Shown in pieces: positions 18,789 to 27,900 of a stretch of DNA of 64,000 bases; positions within the stretch are counted from its first letter, which is position 1, and each line of letters starts with the position of its first letter. A model generated the notes under the pieces. It did not search any database, was not told the DNA's origin, and saw nothing but the letters and a program-made list of their open reading frames with translations. This DNA comes from an uncultured virus (IMG/VR IMGVR_UViG_3300033150_001293). Its lineage: Duplodnaviria > Heunggongvirae > Uroviricota > Caudoviricetes. A program made the position numbers and the translations under genes. Location: IMG/VR virus record IMGVR_UViG_3300033150_001293; one strand, 5' to 3'.

Positions 18789-20450
18789 GTGAAGCGCGAC
18801 TGCGGACACGACAGTCCGTCGGGCCTGACTTGCAAGTGCGGGATGACATGGTGCCCTGACTGTTACGACAAGCACATTTGCCCCGAACCACTTCCCCCGC
18901 TGTGGCCGACGCAGGAGCGCGGCATACAGGCGATCCGCAATGCGTTCAGAGCAGGGCACCGACGAATACTCGTGACGGCTCCCTGCGGGGCCGGCAAGAC
19001 GCTTATGATGGCCATGATTGCCCGCGGCGTGCAGGAGAAGTCTCGCCGGGCGATCATCTACAGCAACCGCCGCATGCTCACAACGCAGACGAGCCGCAAG
19101 CTGCACCAAGCCGGCGTGGACCACGGCATGTTTCTCTCCGGCGAGCGGATGGCGTTCTTGCGGGACGTGCAGGTCGCCAGTATCCAGACGGTACACTCGT
19201 GGCTGAAGCGCAAGAAGATCGAGCTGCACCCGGCTGACGCTATAATGATAGACGAACCCCATGCGCAAAAAGGCGAAATGATGCGGTCGCTGATGGCCCA
19301 GCACCTAGAGCAGGGGGCCGTCATCATAGGCTTCACAGCAACGCCGGTCGACTTGGGGGGATACTACGACGTGCTGGTGGAGGCGGGCACGAAGCAGGAT
19401 CTCCGCGAGATCGGGGCGCTGGTGCCGGCCCGCACGTTCGGACCCGACGAGCCGGACCTGCGGCACGTCGGTATCGACAAGCTGGTCTATACGGTCGGCG
19501 AGCAGACGGAGGCAATCATCCGGCCGAAGGTGTTCGGCCGGATATGGGATAACTGGTCGCGGCTACAGAGGGATCTTTTTGGTGTGTTGAACCTACAGCA
19601 GGACGCCCGGCCGACGGTGCTTTTCGCCCCAGGCGTGCCGCACTCACGGTGGTTCGCGGAGCGGTTTGAACACCGTGGAGTCGCTGCCGCCCATATCGAC
19701 GCAACGACGCCCGACGACGAGCGGGCAGAGATCGAAGAGGGGTCGCGGGATGGACGCATCAAAGTCGTATGCAACCGATTCTTGCTACGGGAAGGGATTG
19801 ATTGGCCCTGGATCGAACACATGATCCTTGCATGCGTGATGGGGTCAATCCAGACATGGGTGCAGGCTACCGGCCGGGGGCTGCGCGCGTGCCCGGATGT
19901 AGGCAAGCAGTTCGTAATCGTGCAAGATCACGGCGGCCATTGGCATCGCCACGGCGACATCAACGACGACATCGACTGGGTGCTCAGCGACACGTCGGTT
20001 GACGTGCATCGCAAGCGGCGGGAGGCCGTCCAGTCCGGCGAAGTCAAAGAAGACTTCCGATGCCCGCAGTGCGGCGAGATCATCAAGCCGTACGACCTCC
20101 AGCACTTCGGCGGCTGCCCGCATTGCGGCAAGAAATTCAAGCGGTCGGTCCGCGAGGTTGTCCAGGTGGACGGCACGCTCAAGCGAATGTACGGGCCGGC
20201 GAGGCCCCGTAGGCGCAAGCACCCGGTCAAGATGGATTCGGAGAAGCTGTGGGACAAGTGTTTCTGGGGCAGCATGCGGGCAAAGCGGAAGATGACGTTG
20301 GAGCAGACGAAGATGTGGTTCTATTCGGAGCGGCACAAGCGGGGCATGGGCGACGCCCAGCCGCCCTACGGGGCGTGGAACTGCCCGGAACAGGGGAGTA
20401 TCGACTGGACGCGGTACGTGCGTGAGGTGTACGCGAAGTACGTCAAATAG
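18789..20450 (+). CDS. superfamily 2 helicase with C-terminal Zn ribbon
   Basis: GAGKT, DEPH, TATP, EGIDWP, QATGRGLR; CPQC...CPHC. Confidence 0.92.
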   Translation: MKRDCGHDSPSGLTCKCGMTWCPDCYDKHICPEPLPPLWPTQERGIQAIRNAFRAGHRRILVTAPCGAGKTLMMAMIARGVQEKSRRAIIYSNRRMLTTQTSRKLHQAGVDHGMFLSGERMAFLRDVQVASIQTVHSWLKRKKIELHPADAIMIDEPHAQKGEMMRSLMAQHLEQGAVIIGFTATPVDLGGYYDVLVEAGTKQDLREIGALVPARTFGPDEPDLRHVGIDKLVYTVGEQTEAIIRPKVFGRIWDNWSRLQRDLFGVLNLQQDARPTVLFAPGVPHSRWFAERFEHRGVAAAHIDATTPDDERAEIEEGSRDGRIKVVCNRFLLREGIDWPWIEHMILACVMGSIQTWVQATGRGLRACPDVGKQFVIVQDHGGHWHRHGDINDDIDWVLSDTSVDVHRKRREAVQSGEVKEDFRCPQCGEIIKPYDLQHFGGCPHCGKKFKRSVREVVQVDGTLKRMYGPARPRRRKHPVKMDSEKLWDKCFWGSMRAKRKMTLEQTKMWFYSERHKRGMGDAQPPYGAWNCPEQGSIDWTRYVREVYAKYVK

Positions 20451-20471
20451 AAGGTATAATGGAGAGCAGCT

Positions 20472-20690
20472 GTGAGATACACGCTGTGGTTCCTGTCGTT
20501 GTTCATTGCCAGCATAGCTAGTTTCTGCGGCCTTATTTGCGCCTGGGCAGTAGCGGCCAACCTGGGCGGCTGGTGGTTGGTGGGAGCGTTGGCATGCCCG
20601 AACATTGCTATAATTGTCTTGTTGGGTCACATGCTGCAAGCCCGGCCGAATCGGCGTTGTCCAACGGGTTGCTCCCGTGACAACGGCTGA
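20472..20690 (+). CDS. small membrane protein
   Basis: two hydrophobic segments; stop lies inside the following repeat. Confidence 0.5.
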   Translation: MRYTLWFLSLFIASIASFCGLICAWAVAANLGGWWLVGALACPNIAIIVLLGHMLQARPNRRCPTGCSRDNG

Positions 20691-20712
20691 AATTCGAGAA
20701 GTGTGTTGCGAG
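20677..20712 (+). repeat. solitary full CRISPR repeat upstream of the exonuclease gene
   Basis: GTGACAACGGCTGAAATTCGAGAAGTGTGTTGCGAG. Confidence 0.95.
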
Positions 20713-20720
20713 CGAATGAG

Positions 20721-21728
20721 ATGACAACCGAATTGCTGACAACCGATCCGCCTCCCGGCCCGGGCGTTTACCCCGGCGTGCCTATGCGGGAGTACATGGC
20801 GTGGCCGTACATGAACGCCTCGACGCTCGTCCAGGCGTTCCCCGGCGGCGACCGCGAGATGATGTCGATGGCCCGGCTCAAGGCCGCGATCGACGGCCGG
20901 CTGCCCGGGCCGAGCGCCGCGATGTTGTTGGGGCAGGCGATCCACATGCGGCTTCTTGAGCCCGACAAGTTCGCGGCCACCTACGTCGTGGCCCAGCCTT
21001 GCGGGGCGACGATCCAGTCCAAGTCGTCCAAGAACTACGGCAAGCTGTGCGGGCGTATCGGCGATACGATGTACCGCGACGGTGAAGGGACGTGGTTCTG
21101 CTCGATGCACAATCCGGGCGGGCTGGAGCCGGAGGAAGACTTCCTGGACCCGGACACGGCCGCCGCAATCGAGGAGATCGTGGCCGTGATCGCCAAACGG
21201 AAGGTGGTCCAACTCCTCAAGGCGTTCGGTGGCTGCGAGGTGAGCTACGTCTGGGACCAGGCGGTGGAGTTCGCCGTTGGCGACGAGAGGCACGAGACGG
21301 TCGTGCGGATAAAGTGCCGCGTCGACAAGGACCTGACGGATTTGCCCCAACAGTACCCGAAGCTCCGGCCGCTGTTCGTGGACCTGAAGAAGGTGGGCCG
21401 CGACAGGTGGACCGACCGCAAAGTTCTCACGGCCGTCCACGACTACTGCTACGACATCAAGGCCGCGCTCTACCTAGACGGCGCAAGGGCCGTCGACGGC
21501 ATCGAGCGGCAGTGGATATGGCTGGTCCTGGAGGACACGTATCCCTACCACACGAATGCGGTCGAGGCCCCGTCGGGAATGATCGAAACGGGTAGGGCGT
21601 GGTACAATAAGGTGCTGAGCGAATACGCGAGGTGCGTCTACCTTGCCGAGCAGGACGACTCGTTTCAATGGCCCGTGGCCTGCGAGAAGATACATTTCAG
21701 CCGTGACCCGTGGTGGGAGCCGCCGTGA
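20721..21728 (+). CDS. RecE/DUF3799-like PD-(D/E)XK exonuclease
   Basis: GQAIH, E-VSY, KCRVD, VDLK, YDIKAALY; two genes upstream of RecT. Confidence 0.85.
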   Translation: MTTELLTTDPPPGPGVYPGVPMREYMAWPYMNASTLVQAFPGGDREMMSMARLKAAIDGRLPGPSAAMLLGQAIHMRLLEPDKFAATYVVAQPCGATIQSKSSKNYGKLCGRIGDTMYRDGEGTWFCSMHNPGGLEPEEDFLDPDTAAAIEEIVAVIAKRKVVQLLKAFGGCEVSYVWDQAVEFAVGDERHETVVRIKCRVDKDLTDLPQQYPKLRPLFVDLKKVGRDRWTDRKVLTAVHDYCYDIKAALYLDGARAVDGIERQWIWLVLEDTYPYHTNAVEAPSGMIETGRAWYNKVLSEYARCVYLAEQDDSFQWPVACEKIHFSRDPWWEPP

Positions 21729-22153
21729 TGTATAAACAAGACATAAGAGACGTACTTCGCACGCTGGACAGTCTTGGTTCGGCCGACAGGATAGCAGCCG
21801 CGTTGCGGCAAGCTAGATGTTTTGGCGCGAAGTTTCCGGCGAATCATCCATTGGTCTACGCGCTAATCGAATACTATCCATGGGGGCTAGATGTATTTCC
21901 TAAGACGCGCGGGCCTTACGGCGAGTCGTCGAAACCGGACTGCGGAATACTGCTAAGTGACGGCATCGAAGGAGACGAGTGGCTGGACTGTAACGTGTGG
22001 CAGCATCTGAGCGAATTTATGGAAGTATTCGCGTCCACCGAATGCTACGACTTCCTGCTGCGAACGCCGTGCAATCATACCAAGGAATACCTGCGCACGG
22101 ATTGGCATAGCATCGTAGGTATAATGAATAGTAAGGAAATACTACATACCTGA
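21728..22153 (+). CDS. hypothetical protein
   Basis: TGATG-coupled ORF. Confidence 0.55.
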   Translation: MYKQDIRDVLRTLDSLGSADRIAAALRQARCFGAKFPANHPLVYALIEYYPWGLDVFPKTRGPYGESSKPDCGILLSDGIEGDEWLDCNVWQHLSEFMEVFASTECYDFLLRTPCNHTKEYLRTDWHSIVGIMNSKEILHT

Positions 22154-22187
22154 GCACACAAACATCTATGTTGTGGGAGCCGCCGCA

Positions 22188-23006
22188 ATGAGAACCCGAT
22201 CGAGCGGGCTGATGTTGCCCGATCCGAAGAACGACATGGCCAAGTGCGTGACGGAGAACATTGACGGAGTGCTGTCGGTGCTCCGCGACGCGACGGACCG
22301 GCAGCGGTTCGCCTCGTCTGTTGTGATCGCCGCCAACTCGCTCAAGGCGCATTCGTGCCGGCCGGAGTCCGTGGTGATCGCATCTCTGCATGCCGCGATG
22401 ATTGGGCTGGTGCCCGGCCCGGCCGTTCGGCACTGCTACTTTATCCCTCGCAAGCTGCGGAGGGCGGACACCCTGGCCACGTGCCAGCTTGAGGTGGGCT
22501 ACCAAGGCTACCTGCATCTCGTCTACGGATGCCGCTACCTCAAAGGCGTCTACTGCGATTGGGTGCTGCGGGGGGAAGAATTCCGACACGGGATGATTGG
22601 GGGCGTGCCGACCATCGAGCACGAGCCGGCCCCGGACCGGGACGACACGGCGGAGGCGCTGCGCAAGACGATGATCGGCGCGTACTGCTACTGGGAGACG
22701 ACGACGGGGTTCGGCAGCCATCGCTATCTGACGCGGAAGCAGATCGACGTGGTAGAGTCGTGCGGCGGCCCTGTCTGGAAGAGCCGCTTCTACGGCGAAA
22801 TGGTGCTCAAGACCCCGCTGCGCCGTGCGGCGAAATGGTGGAACCTCACGGAGCCGCTGTCGATGGCGCTGACGTTGGACGACCAGTTGGAGGCGGGCGA
22901 AGAGCAGAACATAGGGGCTGCGCTGCCGGCGATTTCGCCGGCCGGCGAGGAGCCTGTGGACCTTGACGACATGACCGGAGAGCCCGCCGATGCCGCCACC
23001 GAATGA
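22188..23006 (+). CDS. recT: RecT-family single-strand annealing protein
   Basis: GLVP..CYFIP, LEVGYQGY, GAYC, W..YGEMVLKT.LRR..K. Confidence 0.88.
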   Translation: MRTRSSGLMLPDPKNDMAKCVTENIDGVLSVLRDATDRQRFASSVVIAANSLKAHSCRPESVVIASLHAAMIGLVPGPAVRHCYFIPRKLRRADTLATCQLEVGYQGYLHLVYGCRYLKGVYCDWVLRGEEFRHGMIGGVPTIEHEPAPDRDDTAEALRKTMIGAYCYWETTTGFGSHRYLTRKQIDVVESCGGPVWKSRFYGEMVLKTPLRRAAKWWNLTEPLSMALTLDDQLEAGEEQNIGAALPAISPAGEEPVDLDDMTGEPADAATE

Positions 23007-23208
23007 GTGGGACGCAGACGATACCACCCTGGAGGTTATGGAGGGCCGGATAGACGGCAGGCTGATCGTCATCCTGAAGATCGTCGGGCCAGACATGCGA
23101 CACTTCCTGGTATTTGACGATGCTGCCGAGCTGGGGATGTTTGCCCAGGCGATGGGCCTCGCCGCCCGGAAGATGGCGGAGGGAAACAATGGGCAGACGA
23201 CGTATTGA
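22990..23208 (+). CDS. hypothetical protein
   Basis: 72-aa overlapping ORF. Confidence 0.5.
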   Translation: MPPPNEWDADDTTLEVMEGRIDGRLIVILKIVGPDMRHFLVFDDAAELGMFAQAMGLAARKMAEGNNGQTTY

Positions 23209-23325
23209 GATTTCAGTCGGGCAACGGAGGGGAGACCTTGTGCCTAATTGAATAGGCGGAACGCTTCGGATTGATGCAGTATAATAGGGAGAGTTGTAGA
23301 TGCGTCAACCCCGGTAGGCGTTTCT

Positions 23326-23352
23326 GCTGAGATCTGAGAAGTGTGTTGCGAG
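23326..23352 (+). repeat. partial repeat in the primase leader
   Basis: GCTGAGATCTGAGAAGTGTGTTGCGAG; TATAAT at 23280. Confidence 0.85.
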
Positions 23353-23417
23353 CGAGAGCGGCTGAATCGCGGATGGCCGATTTAGCAGGCGCTTACCAAG
23401 CCGATAGGAGAACCATT

Positions 23418-24291
23418 ATGAGCAGATCGCAATGGGTCCGCGTCAGTCGACGCGAGCCTTGTCCGGTCTGTCATCCACAAGCCGGACTGGTGCCTTGTAA
23501 CTGGTCCTGAAGGATGTCGTACGGCCGTGATATGCGCCCGCGTCGAGAGCCCCAAGCGCTGCGGCGAGGCTGGCTGGCTCCACAAGCTGCGGGATGACTG
23601 GCGGAATTCGCCCCCGCCCAGACTCGATCCGAAGCCGGAGCGGCCAGAGCCGAAGCGGGACTTCGCGGCGTTCGCGGAGCTGTGCACGACACAGTTGCAC
23701 CGAGACGCCCTGGGGGCGTTTGCCGGGAAGATGGGGCTAAGCGTCGGCTCGCTCGTGCGGCTGGGGCTCGGCTGGTCGCTGGAACATAAGGCGTTCACGT
23801 TCCCAATGCGGCGGGGCTCCGACGGCAAGGTGGTGGGCATCCGGCTGCGTCTACGCAGCGGCCGGAAGCTGGCGGTCAAAGGCGGGAGGGAGGGGCTGTT
23901 TGTGCCGTCGGACACGCCGCGGACTGGCGAGCTGTACCTGCCGGAGGGGCCGACGGACACGGCGGCGCTGCTGGACATCGGCTGCGAGGCGGTAGGGCGG
24001 CCGAGTTGCAACGGCGGCATCCAACACATACTGTCGTTCATCGCGCGGTCGAAGTACGCCGGCATCTGCGTTGTGGCGGACGCGGACGCGCCGGGCCAGC
24101 AGTGGGCGAAGGTGTTGGCGGAAAAGCTGCTACCGTACGCCCCCCGGGTGTGGATCGTCACGCCGCCTGACGGACACAAGGACGTGAGAGACTGGGTGCG
24201 GGGGGGAGCGACAAAACGCAACATTGACGGCGCAGCCGTGCCGCAAGAAACTCGCAACACACTTCTTAGCACAAATGCATTGTACCATTAG
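23418..24291 (+). CDS. Zn-finger/TOPRIM primase-like protein with a +1 frameshift near 23475
   Basis: MSRSQWVRVSRREPCPVCH | HKPDWC; EGPTD, DADAPG, KDVRDW. Confidence 0.8.
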
Positions 24292-24307
24292 AGGCAGGAT
24301 GCGGCAA
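24251..24307 (-). ncRNA. promoter plus half-repeat unit antisense to the primase 3' end
   Basis: minus strand TTGCCG-17 bp-TACAAT-GCATTTGTGCTAA-GAAGTGTGTTGCGAG. Confidence 0.75.
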
Positions 24308-24321
24308 TACAGGATAACCGA

Positions 24322-24729
24322 ATGAGCCGGCAGAAACGCATAGCGAAGGCACACCGCGAACTGTACGCCGCAATACCCGAGGTGAAAGGATGCACGCACT
24401 GCGGCGAGTGCTGCGGGCCGGTGGTATGGTCGGCGTGGGAATGGTCGCGGGTGGAGCACCGCAAGCCGACCGAGCAGGACGCCCGGCTGCTGCGGTGCCC
24501 GTACTATCGGGCGAAGATATGCGACTGCTACGAGAATCGGCCGTTTCTGTGCCGGTTGTTCGGTGCCGCGGACAACCTGCGGTGCCCGAACGGAGCGCGG
24601 CCGGATCGGCTGCTTACGGCGGCCGAATCTAATGCCCTGATGGAAAAATACCTGACGCTGTGCAAACAGTCCGACGCAGGGGATCTGGTATTGTGCAAGG
24701 GGGAGGCACAACCAAATGAGACCGCATGA
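24322..24729 (+). CDS. YkgJ-like CxxCxxCC Fe-S/Zn protein
   Basis: CTHCGECC...CPY...YENRPFLCRLFG. Confidence 0.85.
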   Translation: MSRQKRIAKAHRELYAAIPEVKGCTHCGECCGPVVWSAWEWSRVEHRKPTEQDARLLRCPYYRAKICDCYENRPFLCRLFGAADNLRCPNGARPDRLLTAAESNALMEKYLTLCKQSDAGDLVLCKGEAQPNETA

Positions 24730-24919
24730 CATACGTATGGGCGCGACGTATCGCGGTCGCGGCAAACGCAAGACGATTCGGACCGTGCTGTATATCGGCA
24801 GCTCTCCGCCGGAGCCGCCTCGCGTCATATACCGCGACTATCGCGGGCGCAGACGCGACACGTCCCTCACGTCGTTTGCGCGCTGGGCGGACGAGGAAGT
24901 TCTAGTGTACGTTGGATAA
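24716..24919 (+). CDS. small basic hypothetical protein
   Basis: 67-aa ORF with GGAGG RBS. Confidence 0.55.
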   Translation: MRPHDIRMGATYRGRGKRKTIRTVLYIGSSPPEPPRVIYRDYRGRRRDTSLTSFARWADEEVLVYVG

Positions 24920-25462
24920 CCGATTTCAGCGGAGCCGGATTTCTCTGGCGAGTCGAATAGATAGACCGACCCTCCCTGGGCATCCCCGTACATGGTAGCC
25001 GTGATGACGCTCGTTGATTCTAGAAGACGCCCGGCTGTCTGCTTCGATCGGCCGGGACCGGTTCGGGCTTCTGCGACACAGGCTGGCAAGGCCCGTGTAG
25101 ACCTACTGACGGCGTTCTGTTTGCCGGATGCCTTTTGGACCGGGACGCGGTCGGCGCGGTTGGATCGACTACCAGCTCGTTGCCCGGGAGAAGCCGCGAT
25201 GTGCGGCACAGAATACCTTTCGGCTGCATCGGCCCTCGGGCGGAGATATGCGCCCGCCGATTTGTATTCCGGCTCTTTTTGTGGGGTGAAAGTGCCGGCA
25301 CGACGTAACCCCTCTTCGAGAATCGGTCTCCGCCGAACTATTCGGCTGAATGTAGTATAATATGGGCTAGTGAACGTGTCAACCCCGGCAGGCGAGTCGG
25401 TCTCCGCCTTTGAGTCCCCCAATCGGCCGTAACCCCCGTGCGGGGGGCGAGCCGGGTTTTTC

Positions 25463-25498
25463 ATGGCAACGGCTGAAATCCAAGAAGTGTATAGCGAG
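25463..25498 (+). repeat. degenerate full repeat after a terminator
   Basis: ATGGCAACGGCTGAAATCCAAGAAGTGTATAGCGAG. Confidence 0.8.
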
Positions 25499-25519
25499 CA
25501 AAAGCGAAAGGACAATCGA

Positions 25520-25963
25520 ATGGCCGAAAAAGCACCTGAAGAGCGTTTGTGGGGCTGCATAGTACAAATCATGCTGATGGCGTTTTTCATCTATATCATA
25601 GGCGTTCTTCTTGCGGCCCTGTTTAAGTCCGCGTCTATGCCGGACGTTACGCCGTCGTACAGGCCGCCTGCCACGCCGTCTTGGGACGACATGTATTCGT
25701 CGCCGGGGCCGTCGCGCAGCAGCGGTGCGACGACTGTCTCGACGTGTACTCTGGCCCCGTCGGCCTCGGCCTACAGGCAGGCCACCGACGCGGCGGCACA
25801 CGGCAACGGGCTCGGCGTGGCGGCGACCGGCACGGTGATCCTGGAGAGCGGCACGCGGGTCAGGGTGCTCGGCTCGGGCGGGTTCATGCTGAAGCGGGTG
25901 GCCGTGCTGAGCGGACCCTATGCCGGAAAGACGGGCGTGGTTGCGTCGGAAAAAATCCGCTGA
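25520..25963 (+). CDS. membrane-anchored protein with SH3-like C-terminus
   Basis: TM segment; GTRVRVL..RVAVLSGPYAGKTGVV. Confidence 0.6.
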   Translation: MAEKAPEERLWGCIVQIMLMAFFIYIIGVLLAALFKSASMPDVTPSYRPPATPSWDDMYSSPGPSRSSGATTVSTCTLAPSASAYRQATDAAAHGNGLGVAATGTVILESGTRVRVLGSGGFMLKRVAVLSGPYAGKTGVVASEKIR

Positions 25964-25982
25964 GATATGGTATAATAGAAAT

Positions 25983-26208
25983 CAACGGGGTCCTCGCAGC
26001 CCCAATGAGAGGCGAGAAGTACCATGACACCCAAACGGCAATCACGGCGCATCCGTCCCCGATCATGTGCAAGCATGACGGGTGACGGTCGCCGGCTGAG
26101 CGGGTCCGGGCAACTCTCGCTGAAGGCTCCTGAAACAGGCCGGATATGCCGTGAGCCCGGCCGACACACTTCGCCTGGTGCGGTGATTCATCGCCGCACC
26201 AGGTTTTT
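25983..26208 (+). ncRNA. predicted tracrRNA of the Cas12f-like system
   Basis: TGG-TATAAT at 25968-25976; anti-repeat CGACACACTTC at 26162-26172; CTCGCA at 25993-25998; terminator hairpin plus T5. Confidence 0.75.
26174..26208 (+). terminator. intrinsic terminator
   Basis: CCTGGTGCGGTGA-TTCA-TCGCCGCACCAGG-TTTTT. Confidence 0.85.
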
Positions 26209-26213
26209 ATTCT

Positions 26214-26382
26214 GGCTGAAATTCAAGAAGTGTGTTGCGAGGCACGGGGCGACCTGGACACGTCACACCTCGTGACGACGGCTGAAATCTGAGAAGTGTG
26301 TTGCGAGACCGAATCTCACCGTAGAGAAGAGCCTCTTTATAGGGTGGCGACAACGGCTGAAATCTGAGAAGTGTGTTGCGAG
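26214..26382 (+). CRISPR. CRISPR array B: 3 repeats (first 5'-truncated), 2 spacers
   Basis: repeats at 26214, 26272, 26347. Confidence 0.92.
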
Positions 26383-26417
26383 CGAGCAAACAAAAACGAA
26401 AGGGAAAGGAGAACGAC

Positions 26418-26960
26418 ATGGCGACTACAAGACAAGCGTTGTTGGAGCTGAAGAGGCTGGCGGCATCGGCCGCCGACAACCTGTACCGCCGCATCGAGCT
26501 GTCGGCGCAGGTGATGAGCGACCTGGACTGGATTGCCCGCGAGCACGGCGGTTCCGACTTGAAGGCCCAAGACACGTTGCAGGATCAGTTCTTCAGGGAC
26601 CTTGGCGGGTTCATCTCCCTCGGCAAGCTGATTGCGATGTTTCGCAACGTGCCGCAGGAGACGTGGGCCGAGCTGAAGTACGACGTGGCGGCCGTCGAAG
26701 TCGTCTACGACGACCAGGCCATCGAGAAGACGGAGAAGGGGACCAAGACCGCCTGGAAGCCCATTGCGGAGGAGAGGGGCGAAAAGATCGAACGCCTTCA
26801 GCGGCAGATGTCTCAGGTCAACGAGCTGGCCGATAAGCAGCGTTCGGAAATCGACGTGCTGCGGGCGAAGGTTGAAGAGCTGACCCGCGAGAACGAGCGT
26901 CTTCGGGGGCGCGTCGAGGAGCTTCAACGACTGCTCGATAGGCAGGTCGTGCAAGTGTGA
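26418..26960 (+). CDS. coiled-coil protein embedded between arrays B and C
   Basis: AAGGAG RBS; C-terminal heptads (LRAKVEELTRENERLRGRVEELQRLL). Confidence 0.8.
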   Translation: MATTRQALLELKRLAASAADNLYRRIELSAQVMSDLDWIAREHGGSDLKAQDTLQDQFFRDLGGFISLGKLIAMFRNVPQETWAELKYDVAAVEVVYDDQAIEKTEKGTKTAWKPIAEERGEKIERLQRQMSQVNELADKQRSEIDVLRAKVEELTRENERLRGRVEELQRLLDRQVVQV

Positions 26961-27875
26961 CGGGAAGTGTGTTGCGAGGGCGAGAACCGGCTTCAGCACG
27001 TGGTCCCCGCAAGAGGTGACAACGGCTGAAAGCGGAGAAGTGTGTTGTGAGGACGGGGCGATTGCGGGTTGTGACGACGGCTGAAATTGGAGAAGTGTGT
27101 TGCGAGCCGAGTCTGTCCCCGAGGGTGACAACGGCTGAAAATCGAGAAGTGTGTTGCGAGACACGGCGCCCGCGCCCGTCTCGACGCCGCGAGCGACGTG
27201 ACAATGGCTGAAAATCGAGAAGTGTGTTGCGAGCACCCGGCTCACGTCCACGCCGCCCGGGCCGGCCCGGTGACAATGGCTGAAATCCGAGAAGTGTGTT
27301 GTGAGAAGGTCACCCACCCTCCGAGTGGTGACAACGGCTGAAATCGGAGAAGTGTGTTGCGAGACCTCCCAGCGCCGCCCGCCGGGGTCGGACAGCTCGC
27401 CCGTGACAACGGCTGAAAATCGAGAAGTGTGTTGCGAGCCGAATAGGTCGGTAAGCTTGGTTGGGTGGTGCTCTCGTGACGATGGCTGAAATTCGAGAAG
27501 TGTGTTGCGAGCAGACCCCAATCGTGCAAGACCGCGACACTAAGGCACGTGACGACGGCTAAAATCTGAGAAGTGTGTTGCGAGCCGACGAAGAATCCCG
27601 CCGTCGCGAGGGAGATGGCCGTGACAACGGCTGAAATCTGAGAAGTGTGTTGCGAGCTGCCATCGTTACCCTTTCAGTCTGGTTATGTTACCCGTGACGA
27701 CGGCTGAAATCCGAGAAGTGTGTTGCGAGGCTTCGGAGTAGGCCAGCCGCCCGTCCAGGTCCGGGGTGATGACGGCTGAAAGTCGAGAAGTGTGTTGCGA
27801 GTGTCCATGATGCAATCGCAGGGGACGCTGCTGGAGGCGCTGACGACGGCTGAAATCGGAGAAGTGTGTAACGAG
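26957..27875 (+). CRISPR. CRISPR array C: 14 repeats (first internally deleted, last degenerate), 13 spacers of 18-39 bp
   Basis: repeats at 26957, 27016, 27071, 27125, 27198, 27270, 27328, 27403, 27476, 27549, 27621, 27694, 27766, 27840. Confidence 0.97.
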
Positions 27876-27900
27876 CAAACAAGCGAGGGAGCGAGGCAAA

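Noticed and set aside
20721..21728. Cas4 or an adaptation module
   Set aside because: Motifs and closeness to RecT fit a RecE/DUF3799-type exonuclease; no cas1/cas2 in the window, although they could lie outside it or in the host
19845..23189. Long antisense ORFs opposite the helicase, exonuclease and RecT genes (similar ones lie opposite GT and tail genes)
   Set aside because: Shadow ORFs typical of high-GC coding DNA, with no recognisable motifs
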